DNA of 12,363 nucleotides from positions 1 through 12,363 of IMG/VR virus record IMGVR_UViG_3300046786_000604. The stretch is one strand, 5' to 3'. Origin of the DNA: a virus. Lineage: Duplodnaviria > Heunggongvirae > Uroviricota > Caudoviricetes. Below are positions 7,246 through 12,363 of the stretch, piece after piece; position 1 is the first letter of the stretch; the number at the start of each line of letters is the position of its first letter. The notes under the pieces were generated by a model. That model was not told the origin of the DNA. It did not search any database and worked only from the letters and a program-made list of their open reading frames with translations. The position numbers were made by a program, and so were the translations under genes.

Positions 7246-7605
7246 CTATTTTGATTTTAAAGCATGTTTAGCCATACTAGATACTTGTGAATGTGTTGGG
7301 TCTACTTCTTGATTGTTAACCATATCAGGTTGTTGACTATCAGGCACTAATCTAATACCATTATCATCAAAACTATCTCTATTACCATTTACAATGTTGT
7401 GTAATGGACCACTTGGATCTTCTGAATCGTATCGTAAAGCAAATGAATTGTAATCTATACTTGGACCACCAAAGTTTGATAATGCTGTATTAATAGTATC
7501 CCAATCTACTGGTGTTTCTTGTTTCTCTGGATGGAAATTTAAATCCGCTTGCAGTAATTTTAAAACTTTAACAAGCGGATCATCTGCTTCAGCAGCTTCA
7601 ATTAC
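7246..7605 (-). CDS. Unannotated 119-codon ORF lacking a start codon, in the -1 frame of the 7602-8564 gene; probable frameshift extension
   Basis: Manual translation VIEAAEADDPLVKVLKLLQADLNFHPE...VSSMAKHALKSK* fills the 390-bp gap almost exactly. No ATG/GTG/TTG occurs between the upstream in-frame TAG and codon 87. Confidence 0.8.
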   Translation of the reverse strand, partial: VIEAAEADDPLVKVLKLLQADLNFHPEKQETPVDWDTINTALSNFGGPSIDYNSFALRYDSEDPSGPLHNIVNGNRDSFDDNGIRLVPDSQQPDMVNNQEVDPTHSQVSSMAKHALKSK

Positions 7606-8564
7606 TTTTTTTTTGAGCTTAAAAGCATTCCTAGTCTACGACTATAATCAATACTTTCGCGTTTCATTCTACCAGCTTCTGTGGCTGGGGGCATTTCACC
7701 ACCTTCTTCACCACCAATATCTCCACCTAATTCTGGAGTACCGGTTTCACCACCCATTGGAGAACCACCCATTGGAGAACCGCCCATTGGAGAACCGCCC
7801 ATTGGAGCACCCATTGTTTCACCTTGCTCACCTGACACAATCGCCAAACCATTTGAAAGACCTTCACGACCAGCAACCAATGCTGTGTAGATCCCTTCTA
7901 ATGCTTGGGATACAACTTGATTAAATTGCCCTGATACCTCACTACCTTGTTCTGCTCTGATTGAGTCTAACAATTCTAATAATTGATCTGCTTTCATCGC
8001 TGCAGTATCTTCAATCCAGTTAGTGATCTTACCAACCATATCTTTTGTAGCTAAGATATTTTCTGCTTTTTGTTCTTCACCTTCTAATAGCATCCAACTT
8101 GCCTGTGATTCAGACAAATCGTATCTTAATGTCAATTCAGCAGCTAATTCTTGTCTATCAGATTCACCCAATTGAATTCGTTTAATTGCATTTTTAATCC
8201 AACTTTCTGGTACTGACATTTTTTCTGCGCGGTGACGAATTGCCGATACCATGGCCTCATTGCTTATTTGCTTACGAGGTTTTTCAGAATTTTCTGCCAA
8301 TTCAGCAGCTTCTTCTCTTTCGAAGATTGCTTGATTAACTACGTCTAATAAAGCACGAGTTTTTTGATATTTTGAATTTTCTAAAATATTATCATAACTT
8401 TCGTTCATTTCTAGTTGGCTTAATTCAGTGCGTAATTTATTACGTACATCTTCTAGTTGAACGTCTGAAAACTGTTCTAATTTTAATTTGTAACCGAAAG
8501 TCTTAGCCATGCTTTCGTTTAGTTTTTTACTTGTTACTTTTTGTGATAAATCTTTAATTTGCAT
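7602..8564 (-). CDS. Acidic, helical, putative prohead core/scaffold-like protein, 320 aa
   Basis: Glu-rich helical sequence with many [LIM]-x-E motifs and a Gly/Pro/Met low-complexity tail. TATAAATA box and AAGGA SD upstream. Function is inferred. Confidence 0.55.
   Translation of the reverse strand: MQIKDLSQKVTSKKLNESMAKTFGYKLKLEQFSDVQLEDVRNKLRTELSQLEMNESYDNILENSKYQKTRALLDVVNQAIFEREEAAELAENSEKPRKQISNEAMVSAIRHRAEKMSVPESWIKNAIKRIQLGESDRQELAAELTLRYDLSESQASWMLLEGEEQKAENILATKDMVGKITNWIEDTAAMKADQLLELLDSIRAEQGSEVSGQFNQVVSQALEGIYTALVAGREGLSNGLAIVSGEQGETMGAPMGGSPMGGSPMGGSPMGGETGTPELGGDIGGEEGGEMPPATEAGRMKRESIDYSRRLGMLLSSKKK
7605..7614 (-). other. Slippery site A9-G (TCA AAA AAA AAG TAA)
   Basis: Contains A_AAA_AAA and A_AAA_AAG heptamers directly before the zero-frame stop. 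Confidence 0.7.
7750..7809. repeat. Tandem repeat, 4 x 15 bp (cc[a/g]cccattggag[a/c]a)
   Basis: Units start at 7750, 7765, 7780 and 7795; they encode (A/S)PMGG x4. Confidence 0.95.
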
Positions 8565-8596
8565 GTTAGTGTTCCTTATAACATTTCTCTATCATG

Positions 8597-8604
8597 TATT
8601 TATA
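8597..8604 (-). promoter_or_regulatory. T4-type late promoter box TATAAATA
   Basis: Exact match overlapping the stop at 8600, 32 nt upstream of the ATG at 8564. Confidence 0.7.
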
Positions 8605-9034
8605 CAAAAGTATGTTTAAACATTCTAGAAATAATTTTTTTATAGTATTCAGATTGGTTGGTACTTTCCTCCAATTTTGTTAATACTATGAGGTATTTTT
8701 CATCTGGTAATTTATCAATCATGTTTTTAAATATTAAAGTATCACTATAATTAAACCAATAGCTATTATCTAATTCTTTTATTTCATGGCATCTATTATA
8801 TTGCCTATGGTTATAAAATTTAGCGGCCATTAACGCACAACTTTTCAAATAGTATTGATTGATCAAATCTTTATTTAAAATGTTAAAAACACCCCAATTA
8901 CCATTAGGCAATTTTTTAACTAAAAAATCTTTATAACCAAGTGCCCCATTAGGTAGAATTTTTATTGGTAAATTTGCTTGAAGTTCTTGGTCAAAATAAT
9001 TTGCTAATTCTTTAATTACTGTCTTTGTTTTCAT
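8600..9034 (-). CDS. Hypothetical protein, 144 aa
   Basis: ORF overlapping the upstream gene, GGTGG SD; no recognised motif. Confidence 0.8.
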   Translation of the reverse strand: MKTKTVIKELANYFDQELQANLPIKILPNGALGYKDFLVKKLPNGNWGVFNILNKDLINQYYLKSCALMAAKFYNHRQYNRCHEIKELDNSYWFNYSDTLIFKNMIDKLPDEKYLIVLTKLEESTNQSEYYKKIISRMFKHTFV

Positions 9035-9224
9035 TAGCCACCACCGAGGGGTTGTTAAATCCTATCTTAGAAACCAGATTCTTACGAATCATCGATTGAA
9101 TTCTAAATTGTTCATGTTCACTAAGACTACTTAATTTTACTGGTGATTGTAATTTTTCTAATAACTTGGACTCCTCATTAGTCATCCAAATTTCCATAGT
9201 AGTAAATAATTCTTTTAGTTTCAT
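9012..9224 (-). CDS. Hypothetical protein, 70 aa
   Basis: ATGA overlap with the upstream gene stop at 9221-9224. Confidence 0.8.
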   Translation of the reverse strand: MKLKELFTTMEIWMTNEESKLLEKLQSPVKLSSLSEHEQFRIQSMIRKNLVSKIGFNNPSVVANENKDSN

Positions 9225-9712
9225 CTTAGGTTAGCTATTGTAAGCCATCTATTCAATTCATCATTTTCAGGTAATACATCACGGGAATTGCCTCCAGTTG
9301 AACTTATATTACTACCTCTGGCTGCTCTTTCGTATGCTCTATCAACTATTTTATTGATTAAGTTATCTGTTCGATCTCCACCAACATCGTTATTTCCATT
9401 GTCAACTAGGTCTGCTTGTTCTTCGTCACTGGTTTCACCCATTGTAGTAGATAATTGTGAAGATAAATCAGATGGTAATTCAACTTCTGCACCAACCTTT
9501 GGTCCAACTTGTTGTTGATCAGTTGAAGAAGTTTGAGTCATTGCATTTGGGTCTAATGAAAGCTTGTTAGGATCATTCGGGTCCATTTGATGAATCGCTG
9601 TCATTTTTTCTGGAGGAAGTGTTAATTTAACACCATCTTGGGCGGTTAGTTCAATTCCTTGAGGACTTGATTGTGTTACCTTGTAATTTTCCATTATTTC
9701 TTTAATTTTCAT
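9221..9712 (-). CDS. Acidic hypothetical protein, possible head-internal protein, 163 aa
   Basis: AGGA SD, MKIKEIME start, acidic low-complexity middle, C-terminal helix ELNRWLTIANLR. Confidence 0.7.
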   Translation of the reverse strand: MKIKEIMENYKVTQSSPQGIELTAQDGVKLTLPPEKMTAIHQMDPNDPNKLSLDPNAMTQTSSTDQQQVGPKVGAEVELPSDLSSQLSTTMGETSDEEQADLVDNGNNDVGGDRTDNLINKIVDRAYERAARGSNISSTGGNSRDVLPENDELNRWLTIANLR

Positions 9713-9723
9713 TCTTGATCCTA

Positions 9724-9963
9724 TTAGAATTTCATAATGATAGTAACAATAGTTGAAAGCATACCAGCTACAATAGTTGCAGTAGCACCAATAATAACTT
9801 TACTCATACTTGCTTTACTTTCTTCAATTTTTCCAGAAAGTGTTTCTACTTTTGTTTCAATTGTATGTAATCTGGTTTCTAGATTTTGGTATCTCAATGC
9901 ACATAACTCTACGTGACTTTCTAGGTTTTCTTTTTCAATATCGGTTGGTTTCAACGTTGTCAT
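9724..9963 (-). CDS. Coiled-coil protein with C-terminal transmembrane helix (XhlA-like topology), 79 aa
   Basis: Heptad pattern LETRLHTIETKVETLSGKIEE followed by hydrophobic VIIGATATIVAGMLSTIVTII. GGAG SD. Confidence 0.75.
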   Translation of the reverse strand: MTTLKPTDIEKENLESHVELCALRYQNLETRLHTIETKVETLSGKIEESKASMSKVIIGATATIVAGMLSTIVTIIMKF

Positions 9964-10001
9964 TATTATCTCCAGGTATCCTGTTCAAGGGGTGTATGTT
10001 A

Positions 10002-10009
10002 TATTTATT
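10002..10009 (-). promoter_or_regulatory. Late promoter box AATAAATA
   Basis: TAAATA core overlapping the stop at 10005, 38 nt upstream of the ATG at 9963. Confidence 0.55.
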
Positions 10010-10409
10010 GCTTTTTATGGAAAACAATATTCTTATTTTTACCTTCTGTAACAAATACCGCGAAATTTTGCTCTAATAATTCATCAAGACCATCAATATA
10101 TGGTACTAACTCGAAATCTTCTTTTAAGAACCCAACCGGATCGTTATCATTAAAGTATACATCTTCCCTTTCAGTTCCAAAATCAAACCGCCATACTCTA
10201 ATTATCTCATTGGTATCAAATCCTATCAGACTACCTTTTACTTCAGTCATAATAGGATTTTCAAAATATGATAAATTAGCTCTTATACCTAATGATTGCA
10301 GAACGGTATTGAAATTCTGTTCTTTCCATCGAGCAGCTTCTTTACCTAATTCAGCTCTATATTGTCCGGTATGTGTAATATCTACGAGTGTATATAATTT
10401 ATAATTCAT
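10005..10409 (-). CDS. Hypothetical late protein, 134 aa
   Basis: Start moved to ATG 10409 (MNYKLYTLVDIT) because the ATG at 10427 abuts the terminator U-tract, upstream of the TAAATA box. Confidence 0.75.
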   Translation of the reverse strand: MNYKLYTLVDITHTGQYRAELGKEAARWKEQNFNTVLQSLGIRANLSYFENPIMTEVKGSLIGFDTNEIIRVWRFDFGTEREDVYFNDNDPVGFLKEDFELVPYIDGLDELLEQNFAVFVTEGKNKNIVFHKKQ

Positions 10410-10413
10410 AACG

Positions 10414-10421
10414 TATTTAAT
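10414..10421 (-). promoter_or_regulatory. Late promoter box ATTAAATA, probable leaderless transcript
   Basis: 4 nt upstream of ATG 10409, just downstream of a terminator; no SD. Confidence 0.6.
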
Positions 10422-10427
10422 AGACAT

Positions 10428-10461
10428 AAAAAAAAGGAGTTACATTTCTGTAACTCCTTTT
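10428..10461 (-). terminator. Rho-independent terminator
   Basis: 13-bp perfect stem AAAAGGAGTTACA/TGTAACTCCTTTT, GAAA tetraloop, U8 run. Confidence 0.9.
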
Positions 10462-10484
10462 AATTACTTAATGGTAATTAGTAA

Positions 10485-11009
10485 TTAAACTAATGAACCA
10501 ATTGACGCACCAACGAAGTTGTTTGCACCAGCTGCAACATCAATTGCAGTAACTGCAATAGTACCATTGTAAACGAAACCAGCACTACCAACAGGTGTTT
10601 TGTTTCCTAAACGACCTGATAATGCATCAGTAATAGCTGATTCTAAATCGGTCCAAGTTTTGTCTTGAACATTTGCGTTTGAACCAGTACCGCTATCATT
10701 GGCAGTGTCATACGCGACAACTGCAACGAAATCAGTAGCAGTTGGTTGACCGATTGCATAAATTTCTGCAACTGTTTGGATTGCACGAACTGCAGCTGAA
10801 TAGTAGCTATCGCTATCAGTATATGCACCAGTATATGCACCCGATGTTGCACCAGTAACAACATATGCTTGTTTTGTTAAGTCGATATCGCTATCGCCAC
10901 CTGTACCAGCGTTGATGTTGATAATACGTAATTGACGTGTGCCAAAGTTTGTGCTTGGGCTAGTTTTTAAATAGTTAGTGGTAACTGTAGTACCGATTAA
11001 TGATGGCAT
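10485..11009 (-). CDS. Putative virion structural/decoration protein, 174 aa
   Basis: Thr/Ala/Gly-rich, AGGAG SD, own TAAATA box and terminator. 12-bp tandem duplication at 10818-10841 (GAYT x2). Confidence 0.65.
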   Translation of the reverse strand: MPSLIGTTVTTNYLKTSPSTNFGTRQLRIININAGTGGDSDIDLTKQAYVVTGATSGAYTGAYTDSDSYYSAAVRAIQTVAEIYAIGQPTATDFVAVVAYDTANDSGTGSNANVQDKTWTDLESAITDALSGRLGNKTPVGSAGFVYNGTIAVTAIDVAAGANNFVGASIGSLV

Positions 11010-11061
11010 AATATTTTCTCCTATATGCGTTTCAACTCACTACTCTGTGAGCTTGTAATAT

Positions 11062-11069
11062 TATTTAGT
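11062..11069 (-). promoter_or_regulatory. Late promoter box ACTAAATA
   Basis: Intergenic, 52 nt upstream of ATG 11009, followed by a small CTCAC/GTGAG hairpin. Confidence 0.55.
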
Positions 11070-11090
11070 GTTTTTTTAGAAAATGGCTTG

Positions 11091-11351
11091 TTAAGTCTTG
11101 TTTTCTTTACTTTCTTGAATTTTCTTAATACCTCGTTTGAATTTAGAGCCATCTCCAGCTTTAATGCTATTGATAAATCGTCTTTCTAATTCACATGCAG
11201 TTTCTTCATCGTAGGTTTCTCTGATGGATTCCAATAAATTAATTGCACTTTGAATGATGTTAGAACCACGACTTTCGATAATTAAATCGCTATCCCGGTT
11301 CATCCCAATGTTGCTTAATTCTTGTAAAATGCTTCTAGTACTCTTACGCAT
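11091..11351 (-). CDS. Helical hypothetical late protein, 86 aa
   Basis: Start reassigned to ATG 11351 (MRKSTRSILQE) with AGGGA SD and a TATAAATA box; the longer track start overlaps the divergent promoter. Confidence 0.8.
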   Translation of the reverse strand: MRKSTRSILQELSNIGMNRDSDLIIESRGSNIIQSAINLLESIRETYDEETACELERRFINSIKAGDGSKFKRGIKKIQESKENKT

Positions 11352-11370
11352 AGTATTATTCCCTATACTG

Positions 11371-11378
11371 TATTTATA
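11371..11378 (-). promoter_or_regulatory. T4-type late promoter box TATAAATA
   Basis: Exact match 19 nt upstream of ATG 11351. Confidence 0.7.
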
Positions 11379-11396
11379 GTAATATGAAAAATGTGC

Positions 11397-11424
11397 TTGA
11401 TTTTTAAAGTTTCTATGGTATAAT
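11397..11424 (+). promoter_or_regulatory. Sigma70-type promoter with extended -10
   Basis: TTGATT (11397-11402), 16-bp spacer, TG-G-TATAAT (11416-11424); AGGAG SD at 11451-11455. Confidence 0.8.
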
Positions 11425-11461
11425 TTACTTTCACAACAACAGACATACACAGGAGAATATT

Positions 11462-11719
11462 ATGTCAACACAACAAAGGGAAGTACTTAAAACTCAACCA
11501 CAAGGTAAAACAGGCTATGACATCAGATCTGATATCTTAATGATGGCTAAAGATCTAGCAATAAAAGAATTTGAGTCGGAATTTAGAATTTATGAATTAT
11601 TTCATATGCTAGAAAACCGAGAAGTATTTAGTGAATCACCTGTTAAGCCAGTGTTTCCAACAATCGATAAAGTTCTTGAGATTGCTAACAGAATGAATGA
11701 TTTTGTTGGTAAGAAATAA
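11462..11719 (+). CDS. Small helical hypothetical protein, 85 aa; the only supported plus-strand gene
   Basis: Own promoter, strong SD and terminator. Confidence 0.9.
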   Translation: MSTQQREVLKTQPQGKTGYDIRSDILMMAKDLAIKEFESEFRIYELFHMLENREVFSESPVKPVFPTIDKVLEIANRMNDFVGKK

Positions 11720-11721
11720 CT

Positions 11722-11748
11722 AAAAAGGCCCTTCGGGGCCTTTCTTTT
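11722..11748. terminator. Bidirectional rho-independent terminator
   Basis: AAAGGCCC-TTCG-GGGCCTTT with a C(UUCG)G tetraloop, flanked by an A run on the left and a T run on the right, between convergent genes. Confidence 0.92.
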
Positions 11749-12148
11749 ATTCTACTGATTCTTGCTGAAATAGTTCAGGATGCATCTTACCCCATTTACG
11801 CATAATTATACCAGCCATGTAATTTGCCTCATTTTCATGCGGACTACCATCTTTTCCACTATCATTGTTTAATTCATTATTCAAATCTTGCCGATAGTGG
11901 ACTAATTCATGTGCTAATGTTCTACAACAATCCATGATATGACGATTCTTGATAGTTAAGTTAATCTTATGACCACCATAACCACCAAAAGAACGATATT
12001 CTACACTATGGGAGTTATCTTTTTGAAGGTTGATGTTTGGTAAACTATCTAATTGCAATTCTTTTTTGGCAAACTTAATGAAGGCATGAAGAATATCTTC
12101 TGCTTTATCTCGTTTTAATCCTTCTGATAGTATTTCTCGTATTTTCAT
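11747..12148 (-). CDS. Zincin-like (HExxH) metallopeptidase, ImmA/IrrE-like, 133 aa
   Basis: RTLAHELVH (HELVH at 11897-11911) and downstream ENEANYMAG third-ligand helix. Start reassigned to ATG 12148 (MKIREILSE). Confidence 0.75.
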   Translation of the reverse strand: MKIREILSEGLKRDKAEDILHAFIKFAKKELQLDSLPNINLQKDNSHSVEYRSFGGYGGHKINLTIKNRHIMDCCRTLAHELVHYRQDLNNELNNDSGKDGSPHENEANYMAGIIMRKWGKMHPELFQQESVE

Positions 12149-12153
12149 AGTAG

Positions 12154-12161
12154 TATTTATC
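12154..12161 (-). promoter_or_regulatory. Late promoter box GATAAATA, probable leaderless transcript
   Basis: 5 nt upstream of ATG 12148; no SD. Confidence 0.65.
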
Positions 12162-12165
12162 TTCA

Positions 12166-12363
12166 TCAACTCCAACAAACATAATTGGGTAATTTTCTAT
12201 ATGTATCGTTTGTTGCCGTAAAGACCTCATTTTGTATAGATTTATTAGGTGATTGGTTATTAAAATTTTTAATAGTAGGGATTGATGAATCATTAAGACT
12301 TGAATTTGTCAACCAATAATTTACAGAAGTTAATGTGGTATCAACAATAGATGCATTAACTTT
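12166..12363 (-). CDS. C-terminal part of a gene entering from the right edge
   Basis: Manual translation is open for 65 codons (KVNASIVDTT...YRKLPNYVCWS*), ending just before the TAAATA box. Confidence 0.55.
   Translation of the reverse strand, partial: KVNASIVDTTLTSVNYWLTNSSLNDSSIPTIKNFNNQSPNKSIQNEVFTATNDTYRKLPNYVCWS

Noticed and set aside
9972-9992. Small alternative hairpins near the SD of the 79-aa membrane protein
   Set aside because: Stems of only 3-4 bp; not distinguishable from chance.
246-10404. Plus-strand track ORFs 246-641, 1809-2096, 2393-2599, 3068-3316, 7613-7924, 7681-7890, 9288-9518, 9810-10076, 10210-10404
   Set aside because: All are antisense shadows of well-supported minus-strand genes, with no SD/promoter context or recognisable motifs.
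2763-12293. Alternative-frame minus-strand ORFs 2763-2954, 10643-10864, 12105-12293
   Set aside because: Short, nested in or overlapping better-supported genes, with no translation signals.
1-12363. Stop-codon reassignment, as in some large phages
   Set aside because: Genes pack tightly and conserved proteins are complete under the standard code; TGA and TAA end genes at sensible places, and TAG reassignment would not explain the 7246-7605 ORF, which still lacks a start.
1-12363. tRNA, rRNA or riboswitch
   Set aside because: Intergenic gaps are short and explained by promoters and terminators; I saw no cloverleaf or known riboswitch consensus.

Overview
AT-rich fragment of a large tailed dsDNA bacteriophage genome; almost all genes are on the minus strand and read in the standard code. 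The right two-thirds is a late/structural module with a TAAATA box (T4 late-promoter-like) in front of most genes. It holds a pectate-lyase-like beta-helix virion protein, two Thr/Gly/Ala-rich structural proteins, acidic head/core-like proteins, a membrane-anchored coiled coil and a HExxH metallopeptidase. Two genes with their own sigma70-type promoters are embedded in it, one of them a PD-(D/E)xK exonuclease. The left third is a class Ia ribonucleotide reductase alpha gene (nrdA) split in two between its active-site cysteines by a GIY-YIG homing endonuclease. There is no room for an intron core and no intein splice residues. Each half carries an extra tail, 44 aa acidic and 14 aa basic, resembling the two intein (Hint) segments that mediate split-intein association. 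This suggests a non-splicing, intein-derived docking module. Other highlights are an unannotated 119-codon start-less ORF reachable by -1 frameshift or slippage at an A9-G run, and a 76-aa stand-alone protein resembling the T4 portal clip domain. Family assignments come from motif recognition and recalled reference sequences; no database search was run.
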